Shown piece by piece: positions 11,046 to 24,015 of a stretch of 41,425 nt of DNA. The notes under the pieces are model-generated. The model saw only the letters and a list, made by a program, of their open reading frames with translations. It made no database searches and had not been told where the DNA came from. This DNA comes from Nemertoderma westbladi (taxonomy: Eukaryota > Animalia > Xenacoelomorpha). The stretch covers positions 1-41,425 of the forward strand of contig JAUCBJ010002772.1 in NCBI GenBank assembly GCA_032718475.1, written 5' to 3'. The position numbers and the translations under genes were made by a program. Positions within the stretch are counted from its first letter, which is position 1. Every line of letters begins with the position of its first letter.

Positions 11046-12860
11046 CTACTCTAAACAATCAGTCCTTCTTTCTAGAACAACGTTTATGTTGTTTCTTGTA
11101 CCTTTGTGCAGTCTTTTTCTCCACAGCACGAGCCACTTTACTAGGAGGGCTATAACTCCTGGGGGAAGGCCCATTGCATCAGAAGGGTTTGGGTTGTGGT
11201 TGTTATATCCACCGGTCGAGGTACCTGGTTGATCAATATCCATAGGAGGTCCACCTTTCTCCTGTAGTGGAACTGCGATGTCAACACGTTTATCGGAGGA
11301 CCTAAGGGATTGAGGGTGCACAACCTTTAAGGCTCATCTCAGGACAGCAGCTTGTACTGGTCCTGCTTTAGTCGTTTGTACGTCCGCTGTGGGTAAACCG
11401 TGAGTAGTGAGGAATTTTCGGGGTTTAACAGTTCTTTCTAATTCCCGTTCCCTCGCTTTGTACTCATACGAACGGTGGACTTCTTGCAATTCAGGGTGAG
11501 CATTTATAAACGTCTCACTGTATTCCAGGTCTTGTCTAATAAAACAAATCAAGTTGTAAGAGTCAAGATTATTTGGGTTAATATTTCTTAAATATTTTCT
11601 AACATATTTGGTGGAAATACGCTCACCAACGCGTTTGATTAATTCATAACTGGGAATACGAGTTTTCTGTTCTATTTGGGTGAAAGGCATACACTCATAG
11701 GCGCGTCCTGGATAATAACGATTACGCGACTCGCAGTGAAGATCTGCACTAGCTTCCCAAGCTCGTATGTATCGTAGTACAATCAACTCGTCTACGCTTT
11801 CAATGTCTGGGTGTAAAGGGCAATCCCAACTAGCGTGTCCCTTTAGTTGGCAGTAATAACTGTATTGCGTCATAAATTGGGGACAAACCGCAAAGATATG
11901 CCTGTTGTTGATCAGGCAACAAGCACAGTAAATCTCCATAGCTGGTTGATCGTCAAAATAAGAGCAAAGCTCTTCCAATTCTGGTGAAGTAGAATCTCGG
12001 TATGCTTCTCCACTAGCTGATTCTACTTGTCACATTGATGTCGCTTTTCTTCTAAGAAATCAGATAGGGAGTATACGTATCTCGAATCGATATTATTTCT
12101 CTAGGTTCTCCATTTGAATCTCCGTATCTGAGTATCCCGAGGGTATCTTGGGTCGCTACAGGATGGAGGAATGCGGGTTCTAGGTACAAACATCTTTAAA
12201 GATGGCAAACCCAGCGCTAACGAGTTTCTCATCGGAGGCTGAGTTTGATCAACGCGCGATCTTTGAACTGACTATCAACGTTCCGAAACGGAGTCAGAAA
12301 GCGCCTAAAACATTCAAATCGAATGAACTTATTATGTTCATATTACGCTCGTATTTGGGAAGTTTAGTTCCCAAGATGAGAGAATGAGAACGTATCGCTC
12401 GGCTGCACACATTGGTTAACCATCCGGAAATTGCGGTGTTCTCAAATATGGCGTAGATGGCCAAGGAAGGACGGAGGGGAACACTCGTGAGACTACAAAC
12501 TGCGCCAATTGCGATATGCTTCTCCTCGAGCTGATTCTACTCTTCTGGTCGAATGAGTTTCCCCCAAAACTCTGTTAGGGAATACATGTGTTCGAGGTCG
12601 ATATCATGATCGATTCGTTGTTTGTTGTTCCAGCACTGTTGTGCATGAAATTTGAATAGAATCATCTCCGTTTCCATATCCAAATCATCAGTATCGTGTA
12701 AATCGATAGGGTGTCCAGTAGTTAGGAAATCCATATACGTACCATTTTGATGCGTATTGCGTGAGGTGAATTTGCGATAATCTAATTCATGCTGGAGTTG
12801 TTCTTCGGTCATCGGTGGTTCAATGTATCGTTTATCATCCGCTGCAGTCTATTTACCCAT
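11046..12860 (-). pseudogene. Degraded accessory ORF(s) with zinc-knuckle-like motifs between pol and the 3' LTR
   Basis: ORF pieces at 12537-12812, 11334-11978 and 11046-11321 lie on the element's sense strand. Motifs are CACCLINNRHIFAVC and SYYCQLKGHASWDC; the Ser codon AGT is one change from TGT, which would restore C-x2-C-x4-H-x4-C. Confidence 0.5.
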
Positions 12861-14449
12861 ATCACTGCTTAATAGACTATAGAGGAACGCTTGTAGAGGT
12901 TGAGTATATCTCTCCTTAATATCATATCAAGATCCTCTTCTATCAAGTCCATTTTCGTATATATGAGAGTTTATCAATAGATAGAGTTACAATAAGAAGG
13001 CCAGTGGGCGTCGCTGCCTAATCCCCCAACTACCCTTCGGATAGCCCGAGGTCCTCTGCGCTGGCGCTGCTGTCGCTATGCTCTTCGCCAACGTAGTTGC
13101 TACACAATGACAACAACAACCAGCGCGAGTCACTTCAACTATCTGTTTCAAGGGCGGTAATTATTGCATGTATGGGATGACTTTCACAATTGCGGCTCGG
13201 TACTGTAAACAAAACTTTAGTAGTATCATTCACCTATGAACACACAAATCCATATTCGCACTACAAATCATACATTTATGGCCACATTTCCATTAGTCAG
13301 TGCTCTCCGGAATGTCACGTTGTTATTGTGTATCCTTGGATACTATACATTGTATTCTATTCAATGAGGCAAGCTCTCTATTGTTCTCTGACTGTATTTA
13401 ATTCTAGCGTTGTTGTTGCTAAGGTGACATTATGCAAGGCTAGCAGTAGATATTAGGGTATTTCTCATTCAGGGAGACCTGGGATGCTATTTAATAGCGA
13501 CTCTAGGGTTATTGTTATTCCCTTTATTTGTGAAGCTGGTTAATTTTGTCGGCTATTTAAATGCACACTAGGAGATTCTCTCACACTTGTTGTAATAGGG
13601 TGGATCTCCGCTCCCGTGATCTATTAATTGAATAATTTTAGGGAATATTTTTATAATTGTCTTAAATTGACAATTTTATTTAATTCATGAGAGGATATGA
13701 ATTCAAAATTTATTCCCATGAATTTTATTATTTTAAATTAGGATGGGCACTGATTTATTCCAGAACATGTCTGGGGACTGTCATGTCCGGGTTAACCACT
13801 GATTCTAGAAATGTTGTCTTTTAAGTATATCAGTGAGTGCCACGATATATTAATCGACTAGAATTTCAGATGGTCAAAGGGTTTAGCAGATTTACTTTGA
13901 CAGATTTACTGTTAAATTGACATCTCCTACTATACATATTATTTTAGGCCTACCGTATGAGAGCAATATTGCAATAAGCAATGTCAGTGAGAAGAGGCAA
14001 GTCGTTTCCAAGGTCTACCCAGAGCTTGGTTTACGATGGATCTCGAGGATCTGAACATTGCATTCCTAATACTCTACTTTTACCAATAATACCTAAAGTA
14101 CAGTAGAACCAAGGTAGATTGTACTTTAATAAGTACTTCATCTTACTGTAATAACGTATTTATAATAATATACGGACAGTAAGGAAGGGAGAAAAAATGA
14201 GATTATTTCCCGTTGTTAATTAAAATATATGTATTGTAACACTAATCAATATAAATTACGTAGGGTATTGCACTAATTTACTGAATAATTACTTATAGAA
14301 TTATTCTACTAAATAAAATTAAATAAAATGATTATAAGATAAATTGCATAATAAATCGTACATAAATATAAAAATCAAGACATATAAAAGAAGTAAAAGT
14401 TGTCACACACCCGCTCCCATAAATAATGAGTTAATGAGTCCATAGATGT

Positions 14450-17400
14450 TTATTGGATCTGGGAGGTAGTTGTTGGTAGAGTTTCCCATTTACCGTAGTT
14501 ACCAGATAACTCTCGGTCTCGATCTAATAGACACAGGGTCCAATTGGGCGATTGAGTTTGTTGGGTCTCTAACACTATTCTTTTTTTCTTATGATTTCGC
14601 CTCATCACTACGAGTTCGACTGATCGCACTAAACCGTCGTCGGATATATGGTTCTCGATGATACGACCTATCTGCCACCTCTTGCGGGGAAGATCCGAAT
14701 TTACTATTAGGACCATGTCTCCAGAGCTGATATTTTCTTGCTGTGCAAACCATTTAGTTCTGAGTTGCAGCGTCGGAAGATAGTATTTCTCAAAATGATC
14801 AGTAAAACAGCGGGATAACAACTGCATAAGTTGCCAAGTTTGTTTGCAGTATTCATCCCCATCATTAATATCCGAAGTGGGAAGTATGGCCACCAGCTTT
14901 TTGAGTAGAAAATGTGCGGGTGTTAACGCTCTGGTTCTTTGTCGAATTCTCCTTCCAGCCACCATAAGTTCTTGGTCTCGTTGCAACGCTTTAACTTGTA
15001 GAAACATGCCTTCAATGTCCGAGGCGTATGCGATGGAATACTGCCGGAATCATAGTAATATTCCCAACCGTGATTGGAGTAAGTTGGGTCCAGGCAATAA
15101 TTCTGAGTTCAGGGATTGTCCTTTATATAACCCGGAGCTGTCGAACACTACCCGGACTTCGTTGGGTTTACCGGGTTTGGATACATAGTGATGAGTTAGA
15201 TAATACGTTCTCTCCATTACGGGTGTTTCTATCGGAACTCACTCCGCGTATCCCTTATCGATGAACTTCTTCAATTGGGCTTTGTAGATTTCCTTAGCTT
15301 TATCGTTTGATGATATGTGTCGGTGCAGTTGTTCAATTCTTTGAAGGCTAATGGTCGATTATTGATGAAGATGGGTTCTCGCTTCCAGAAATGTAAACTG
15401 ATCTCGTAACGACCCTCCTCCTTTAGTTAATGAGTAGTCGTCGCTTGGATTTGTTTAGCTCTCGCCTCCTCTACCGGTAGTGCTCAATCATAAGAGTTAG
15501 GTTCCATAGCCTCTTGGGTAAAGAATCGCACTGCATGTTCATCTCTCAGTTTAGAATTATATCGCTCCACTACCTCGTTTAGCTTGTCATCCTCATAGGC
15601 CAACAACTCGTTGTTCTGTTTTATTAAATTACACAGTTCGGTTTGGTTTGTCCAAGTTTGATTCTCAGTGAGGGGTTCGATCGTATTGTCCTCCTCGTAC
15701 AATAATTGAATGTCGTCATTATCTGAGGAGCATGGAGTTTCCTCAGCTGAAATAGTCTCGTCGTTTACTGCTTCCACACTCTCACATACCTGGTTAATGT
15801 GTTCATTTTCTCTTCTTTCCCGGAGAGTGCATCCTGATGGTCCCATGAAGTACCAACCTACCCTAGTTTTTCCCACGTAGGTTTGTAGAGGCTTCGGTCG
15901 AGTAGGTCACTTTTCCAGTGTTTCTAGCACCTTGTGCGTGTTCTGTCCGAGTAGCATCTGGACTTCAGGATAGTCGGTCTTAAATCTGGAGACTCTATAC
16001 TGCTGGGCGAAGGTGTCCTCGTCCCAGTCATAAGGTTCTACCTGACTGGCGGCAAAGTTCTTTTTAGCTACCATTTTAATAGACCTTATACTGTCCTTAC
16101 CATATTTATCCTGTGGGGTAGATAGTGATCCCATATATAGAAGTCAATCGATACTGTAGATTTCCATACCTGCATGATCGGTGATAGGTGATGATGATGA
16201 GAGGTTAAGCTTAGTTTGAAATTTCTCTTGACCTACAAATATGTCCTCTATTTCGATAAAGGTGCCTGTACTACCTGAATCAAGGAGGGCGTTAATAATT
16301 AAGGTCTTACCTTGTCCATGTATCCTGAGCTGCACCACTGGGAATTCTCGTATGCTGATAGATGGTTGCAAGACCTTCCACAAGAGATGTTTATTCGGAA
16401 TGGATAATTGGATTTCCTCTCCATCGGTTGTCGCCTCATGGGTAAGGGCTTGTTATATGGTTGTGTTGATCATATAGCAGGATTCGTTTTCATCAGAAAA
16501 CTCGTCCGTAGAAAATCCTTCCATCTCCGAACTCTGTTCAGTGTCATTCACATCACTGAATTGGATGTGCAACTCTGGTTCACTCACATCACCTTATCAA
16601 ACTTGCTATATAATAATGAGTGATGTTTAGCTCCACACTTAGTACACCAAGCGTCTGAATAGCAAGTCTTCCTCTGATGTCCTCTCCTAAGACAATTGTA
16701 ACATAACCTCTTATCCAAAGTTACACTACGCCTGTCCTTAAGGTCTTTCCTCAAGAATTCCTCACACTTACTTAAATGATGGGGCCCTTCGCATGACACA
16801 CACTTAGGCTTAAGATTAGTTACCTTTTGTTGGACTGTGTTCTGCACACGAGTTCTTTCTTCGGGTTTCTTACTAGGAATCCTCTTAGGCTGGTTTCTCG
16901 CTTACCTTAGTTTCAGGAGTCTTCTCTCTAGACTGTTTAATTAACTGTAATTTTACCTCTCCTGTTAGGAAAGACATAAGGTCCGCCATTGTAGGATCTC
17001 TCTTATGCTGGTCCTCAAAGTATAGCACCTTTTTGTACCACGAGTACCCACTCTGCCCTTTGGCAAAGATGCCACTACAGCTCCTACTATCATAGAACTT
17101 TGGTACTCATGAGATTTACCTAACCAGTCTAACTGTCTACAGATCACCCTGAACCTCATCGGAAAACTCTATGATTCCATTACTAGGCGCTACTAATTTC
17201 GCATACAAGTATCTAGCTATGTTAGTCTTTTTACCATACCTGATATTGAGTGTATTCCAAACTTGTCTTAATCCGTCAGGATGTCCGATGAACTTTAATG
17301 CCATCAATTTGGGAGGACCTTCGAAGCACTCGATCAGGAATTGTAACTTTTCTCCGTTTGATAGTACAGAGTTTTGTATGTTGTCCTTATAATATTTATT

Positions 17401-18500
17401 AAAGGCAACCACTTCATCTCATCTCCATTAAACTTGACAACCTATCCCACCTTTACGGCTTGACAGGCTTCCATTCTAGCCATCTGATGCATAATACTCT
17501 CCTGAGCCATCATATTATTCAATGTCGAATTATCCGAATATATATTTCTTAGATTATTGTCAGGCACATCTGGGATATCATAAGTTGGTCTATTAATATG
17601 ATTAGTATGGTTTGCTATAGGAGTTTCCACTTCACTAGCAGTATAGATGCATGTAGGCTCTACACCTTGCGCATGATATGATTCAGACTTAAGAGGTTGA
17701 AATACAGTTACAGAAGGTGGTAGTATACCGTTTTGTATGTTTACTAATTTATCGCTTTCTAGAGCGATACGTTGCTGTACTTCTTGCAACTCAATTTTAT
17801 TATCTCATACTGTTCCCTTCAATGAGCCGACAGTACCTTCCAAATCCCTCAACAGATCTGCGGACCGCGATTTATTTTGGGCCAACTGCCTCAGCAGCTC
17901 GCCCATCTCCCGCCGTCCGTCCTCCATCCACTCCACCGCTTGTGTGGGAGCCGCCAACGGAGTGGCTAGTGGATGGCCCATCAGGGCGACGGGGGATAAT
18001 CCAGGTCCGAATGACTTGCGTTCTCCTATTTTAACGCCAGTCTTGGATTCTGGGATTTGACTACTAGTTAAGGGAGGATTTGTACTTTCTAAAGGGAACT
18101 TAGAATCAGGTTCTATCAGTAAAGGAGTCTCCTACAGGGGAGTAGACTTAATAACAGGCCTATTTATTTTAGGGTTATCTAGAATGGTGGGAAGCCTATC
18201 AGATTCAACTACCTGGGTTATTAACTCGCCAGACTTTAAATCCGTGCTAGCCAATTATCTTCTCACCGGAGGGGGCAAGTTAGGTAACTTGCATCCTATG
18301 GGAGCTCGTCTATGTCCATTTGAATTGGATTTATAACTCCTACATTCTGATTCGGTGGTCATACCTTCATCCGAGGAGGTAATAAATCTGTGTCTTTTAG
18401 GAGTTGATTGACTTCTAAGTTGCGTCAGGGCCACTTCTCTCTGTTTCTACAGTAGCTCCTGTCTGTTTTGGATAGTCTCTAAGGTCAGGTCAGGTATTCT
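14450..18500 (-). pseudogene. BEL/Pao gag-pol remnant
   Basis: DUF1759-type gag (LSNGEKLQFLIECFEG...WNTLNIRYG, 17137-17412). Triple Cys/His knuckles CVSCEGPHHLSKC, CYNCLRRGHQRKTC and CTKCGAKHHSLL (16584-16847). Protease ALLDSGS (~16270-16290). RT start RVVFDSS...LNSELLPGPNLL...SDIEGMFLQV. DUF5641-type LTPAHFL...YLPTLQLRTKW...DDGLVRSVEL. Confidence 0.92.
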
Positions 18501-18509
18501 AGTTCATTG

Positions 18510-21500
18510 ATCAATAAAACTTGCCACCTCCATGCAGTATAACGGAGGTGCCACCTGTGGCTGCATAGACCCTCTTACTAGGGCAAATCTGGTCATGTAA
18601 CTAGGACCCCTTTGTTCCGGGATAACGATGCCCTTGGTCCTGGATTAAGGACCCATATAATTGGCTGCAGGGGTATATGGCCTGGCCAGGCAGATGGTGA
18701 TCTACCAATGGCTGGTCAGGAGTAGAGTGTTCTCATGTCCACTCTGAGTGCACTTCACTGCGACCTGCACCTGGCAGCAGGGGTACAGGGCATGACCCAG
18801 AAGATGAGCTGCACAGCCAATGGTGGGTCATGTGCGCCAGAGTAAATATGGGTGATGGGCCTCATATCTGACTCCACGGCGACACCCACCCTGTGGAATG
18901 GCAAACCAGGGTGTAGTTGCCCCGAGAGCTGACTTGGCAAAAAAGCACCGGCCACTAGAGGCCAGTTGAATTACCGGACACAATCGGCTTCACAGGCGTC
19001 AGTTAACCCCCTACTGGCTGACTGTCTCACCCCCTACTGGAGGGAGAGCAGCCAACACTTCTTTGAGTCCCTTTCCTGATGACCTTTCTGGCCCAAACCC
19101 TGGGGTCAACAGGGAACCCAGATTGTGAGGGGGAGAGGGATTCTGGAGTTGGAGGCTACTCTCATGTTCCACCCCGACCAACAAAGCCATTGGTGAATCT
19201 GATGCAAGTCACTAGACTAGACTCAGTAAACACCCTAACACTCGGGTCCCCAATGCGACAAGGTGAGCTGACTGCCTTGGCAGATAAGCTTTCTCTTAGT
19301 GCAGTGGGTGTTCAAGAGCACCGAATGCAGACTGGACACACTGATGAGGTTCTGATTAAGGACATGGGGGACGGTTGGCGACTCGCCCTCGCTTCAGCAG
19401 ATGATAGTGGCAATGGTGGAATTGGTCTATTGATGAATCCAACTGCACATGCAGCATTGGACAAAATAGACCAAATCTCTAACCGCATCATCCGTTGCTA
19501 CTTCTCATGTTCTGGAAGACTGGTTAAGAAGTTTCCTGAGGTGGTTCTGATTGTGTGCTACTCTCCAACTAGTGTTGCCCCCGTAGAGAAGGTGGAAAAT
19601 TTCTACCACAATCTACAAGCAGCTACTGATGGAGTGGATTAGCATGCATTCTTAACATTCCTGGGAGACTTTAATGCAAGTCTGCATCAATCACCTACAT
19701 CGCCCTGGGTCTATAGCAATAATGTTAACCGAAATTCCGTCCATCTTCAGGATTTTATGTCTGGAAATGGATTGTTGTCGGCTGGAACCCAGTTCAAGAA
19801 GCGAACTGGAAAGCTATGGACTCATAGTGGACCCAATGGTCACAAGTCCCAGATAGACCATATCCTGTTTCGTAGGAAATACAGGAGCTCTATACAAGAC
19901 TGTAATGCATTTACACTACGACCCTTCTCCAGTGATGACCGCCTTATTGTGGCCAAGTTAAGACTTAGTCTGGGTGCTAGCAGAACAACGAAATCTGCCT
20001 TGCCACGGCATGACTGGTCCTCTCTGTTGCAACAGCCAAGTGTGAGATCCAGCTTCACACTACAGCTGAGCAACAGGTATGAGGTTATTGCCTCTGGGGC
20101 GGCAGATCACTGTGAGGGCTATACTGCCTTCACAGAGGCAGTTAAGTTAGCAGCTGCAGAAACAGTTCCTGTATACCCTCGAAACAGGAAACGGGCCCCC
20201 TGGACTGACAACAAAATTCAGAAGTGCCGAAATGACCTCTATAAGGCGCAGAAAGAGTCCCGACTCGAACAGACTACAGCGGCCAAGAATGCTGTTAAGG
20301 CTGCATCTAGGTCCCTGAACAGGCAGTACTCTGTTAATTTACAGGAGCTAATAAACCAACAAGTTGATGCCAACAATGATGCTGACGACAGCAGGCAATC
20401 ATCCCAGGCATGGAGATCGATCAACTTGCTTGCTGGTCGAAAAAGCCAACCATCCACCAAGGTTAAGGCTGAATCACCAGCCGATCGCCTCAATGGTTGG
20501 AAGGCCCACTTTGAAAAGCTCCTCAATAATGACAGGGTATTGCCTGATAACTTTATAGAAGTAAAAGTGTCTGAGTCTGTACTCCCAGATATTCCCATTG
20601 GTGATATCTCCTTTGCAGAAGTGAAGGCTGCTGCAAAGAGCATTAAGCCCAATCGTGCCAGTGGAGTAGATGGTATTCCCCCTGAGGTCTTTAAAATACC
20701 TGAGTGTTTAAGGCTCATCTATCCCATCATAGTAGACATGTACCGAACAACAAGAGTCCCACAAGAAATGAAAACAAATAAGTTGGTGCCAGTTCCCAAG
20801 AAGGGCAACCTAACACTCTATGGTTCTCTTCGGGGAATCTCATTGATCTCGATTGCTGCAAAGCTATACAATAGAATTCTATTAAATCGCATCAGGGATC
20901 CCATTGAGAGACTGCTCCGTGGAAATCAGAATGAGTTCCGTAAAGGCCGTGGGACCATGGAGCCCATTTTGGCACTTAGAAGGATAATTGAAGAGTTATC
21001 AAAAAAGAAAGACAGGCATTTGGCTGTTATCTTTGTTGACTTCTTCAAGGCCTTTGATTCAGTCGCTCGCTCACCTATGTTCAGCATAGTTTCATTATAT
21101 GGGATTCCTGATGAAATTATTGCAGCAATCAGATCAGTATACGATGGTTTGACAACATTTGTGTCTACTGTTGACGGTGACACAGAACCATTTGACGTGT
21201 TATGGGGCGTCCTCCAGGGAGACACACTTGCACCATTCTTGTTCCTATGTTCTACGCATGTCCTTAGATCATCATAATGATGATGGGGTGATGATAACTT
21301 ACTGATCTAGACTTTGCTGATGACTTAGGAGTACTCTCGGAATCACTAGAGGGAGCCCAAGGGCTCCTCAGCTCATTAGAACATGCTGCTTCTAGTGTTG
21401 GTCTTTTTATTAACTCCAGAAAGACCAAAATTTTGACAGTTAACTTTGAAAGTCCTCAGCAAGTCTCTGATCGGATGAGCATAAGCTCAAAAGATGGTAT

Positions 21501-22097
21501 GCTTGAGCATGTGGATGACTTCTGTTACCTGGGATCATGGATCCGGAAGTCAGGTGAGGACCTTCGAATACGTAAGAGAAAGGCATGGGCAGCCTTGAAT
21601 AGGCTTTCCAGGAATTGGACGTCACCGAGAATTAATCGGAAACTTAAGGTCCGATTATTTAGAGCAGCAGCAGCTGAGGACACCAAATCTTTCGATGGCA
21701 CATTCACAAGAATGCTACGCCGGGTTCATTGTGTCAAGTAAAATGCACACATCTCCAACCACACACTATATAACATTGGAGGTGTCTCATTGGTTCCCCC
21801 AAGCTTGACACTAGAACAAAATCGCCTCCGCTTTGCAGGACATTGCTTTCGCCGTGACGACCAGCCAGTGCATAATCTTGTACTTTGGCAGCCTCATGGA
21901 GTGAATAAGCATGGTGGACAGCCCATGACTTTCTTGAGACGCATCTTAAAGGACCCTGGCCTTGAAGATGCGGTTGATCTATCAAATGTCATGGGTGATA
22001 GGGAGTTGTGGTGGTGCAATTTTGTCGATAAGCCGGCACAGCATTCTTAAAAATGCAGCTGCAATGCAGCATGCCGATCCTAGTAGTAGTAGTAGTA
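18510..22097 (+). mobile_element. RTE-clade non-LTR retrotransposon, near full length and degenerate
   Basis: A single APE-RT frame with RTE-type C-terminus (RLRFAGHCFR...LVLWQP) and a (TAG)n tail at 22081-22097. The 5' boundary is approximate and no TSD was identified. Confidence 0.93.
19079..22050 (+). pseudogene. RTE APE-endonuclease/reverse transcriptase, disrupted
   Basis: APE motifs GVQEHR, GGIG, CYSPT, GDFNA and QIDHIL. RT motifs PVPKKG, RGISL, IFVDFFKAFDSV, GVLQGDTLAPFLF and LDFADD (~21307-21324). Stop at 19640-19642 and several frameshifts. Confidence 0.93.
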
Positions 22098-22171
22098 TTC
22101 ACACCATGAGGCTGCCAAAGTACAAGATTATGCACCTGCTGGTCCTCACGGCGAAAGCAATGTCCTGCAAA
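22096..22171 (-). repeat. 76-bp inverted copy of the RTE 3' region 21832-21907
   Basis: It is the reverse complement of 21832-21907 with 4 mismatches and is fused directly to the (TAG)n tail. Confidence 0.92.
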
Positions 22172-22491
22172 TTTTCTCTTTGTAAAAGAAAAAAAAAGTC
22201 TTTGTAGATTCTACATTATTAAAGAAGTTAATGGCATCATCTTAAAAATTAGATCCCGTTGGTAAGTTTATATCCCTACATTTAGTATCGCCTCGGGTAA
22301 CAGTTACATTTAGAAGCATCGGGTAAGTGGCGGGTTGGATTTGTTTTTTTGCGATGTCATAATATTGGAAATTTAGCGGGATTTTGCCATTATTGCCATA
22401 GGCCCGAAGGTCCGTGATGGATCTAATGTCACTGGGATCTAAAGCCACCTAAACCTTATCCATGTAGGACATCAGACCTACACTGCTAAAG

Positions 22492-22724
22492 GGGTGAGTA
22501 CAAAACAAAGACCCAATTATAAAGACCTGCTTAATCTTGTAAACAAACATGTGATAACTTTCGTTTATTGTTTCGGTTCCCCCAACACGTCTCTGTAACC
22601 TGCTCCTTTACTAACCTGATCCTTTAAATGTGACCTAACGCTCTTTTGGGACCTAACGCGACCTTACCTCTTTGTTTGTACAGAACGGGCAGTAAAGTTT
22701 TGGGACTTTGTTTTGAACTCACCC
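22492..22724. mobile_element. Mutator/MULE-type MITE (233 bp)
   Basis: TIRs GGGTGAGTACAAAACAAAGACCCAA and TTGGGACTTTGTTTTGAACTCACCC (2 mismatches in 25). 9-bp TSD CTGCTAAAG at 22483-22491 and 22725-22733. Confidence 0.9.
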
Positions 22725-22908
22725 CTGCTAAAGTACCACACGGAAAGCTGAAAGGTTGGAAGTCATAGTCCGGTATTGACCATTGTTCATTGGTAACAGA
22801 TGCGTCTAACTCGGTCTTAAAATCAAAACCAAACAGTCGACCGAAGCCGGAGGCGACCCGAAGGCCCCTCTTTCGATAGCTGCTACCGATAGGGGGGGGG
22901 GGGGGGGG

Positions 22909-23064
22909 TGCGCTACTCATACCCCAAGATATTTGCTCCCAGTAATTTAACTGGTACTCATTTTATCGACCCCAGTGGATGTAAGGCTGAGTGGAACCAG
23001 GCGGGGCTGAACCTACAACCAATAGATTGCAGGCCCGGCGCTCAACCAACTGAGCTACCCAGCC
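22909..23064 (-). mobile_element. tRNA-derived SINE with a conserved central domain (Meta-SINE-like)
   Basis: The minus strand has A box TAGCTCAGTTGG and degenerate B box GGTTCAGCCCC, then ACTCAGCCTTACATCCACTGGGGTCGATAAAATGAGTACCAG, a conserved metazoan SINE core (Meta domain as recalled). It ends at a poly-C run. Confidence 0.8.
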
Positions 23065-24015
23065 ATGGTCTTAGCTACCTGGTCTTACTTAAAGCAAATC
23101 TATTGTGCATGGCTGTAAACTATGCAGCGACAGCGACATAAAACAAATACTACGTGAAACACAGAGCAGTTTAGGCCTACTGAAAACCTGGTATTAAGAC
23201 AATTCCGTCCATATCACCCACCCTCCACCCCATATACAGTGACAAAGGGAGTTAATATTAACCTTTTCATTAAGTTGTTCACACCTCACATCATAAATCA
23301 TAAACCTCCCCCATTGCCCCCACCTGCTGGCGCCAATGGTGATGCAATGGCTTAATATCCTTTTCCTCTGCAAACACGGATTATGCGTCTGTGATTATTT
23401 AAATTTAAAGGCATCGGTTTTAAACATTCAATATTCTGGTAAATTTCCAAATACTGTACATATACAAGCAATGGTAGCGTTCAGGTATGGTGAGTTTACA
23501 GTAGGACACTATGCTTGGATTTCATTGACGGGGAATAACTTTGGAATGAAGTGATAATGCAATGTGAAATTTCATAGGGAGCGGAATTTACCGTATAACA
23601 GTTATCTATAGTAATAGTAGGTCTGACATTATGTTTCAGAACATTTAAACATTTCACCCTTTTATATATTATAAACTGTAGGCCGACTTCGTTTTAATAG
23701 CTTGAATATTGAAAATTTATTTTCTTTCAATTGAGACTTTTGCAAATATATATATTTTCAAGTTCAAACAGTATATTTTACAAAAATATTATAGGTAAGT
23801 AACACTCGAAATTGAAAACAATGTAGGATGATACCCGGAAGTTTGAAACCTAGGTACCGGGTTCGAACCCCAATAGGTTCGGTTGATATTTTCGCCATGG
23901 AGAGCATTATCATAACATAATATACTGTATATTTAATTCGCCGTCACCCCACCCCACAACAATTCATTTACTATAATTATATTTCTAGTGGTCGCGGTCG
24001 GAAAATTTTTTTATC

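Larger units (their letters stand above)
9953..18500 (-). mobile_element. Degenerate BEL/Pao LTR retrotransposon, 5'-truncated and internally deleted
   Basis: Contains gag, protease, the start of RT, the post-integrase domain, an accessory region and the 3' LTR, with many stops and frameshifts. No 5' LTR is visible. Confidence 0.88.

Noticed and set aside
10993-14407. Alternative LTR bounded by TGTGAC/GTCACA
   Set aside because: A 6-bp match is expected by chance over this span. Promoter and polyA signals lie in 9953-10978, which has its own PPT and terminal repeat.
22840-22892. Possible BEL primer-binding site and 5' LTR
   Set aside because: There is only weak similarity to tRNA 3' ends and no copy of the 9953-10978 LTR nearby.
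22995-23064. tRNA gene
   Set aside because: The B box and cloverleaf are degenerate and it runs directly into a SINE core, so it is a SINE head.
23855-23875. B-box GGTTCGAACCC as a tRNA gene
   Set aside because: No A box or cloverleaf; probably a SINE relic or chance match.
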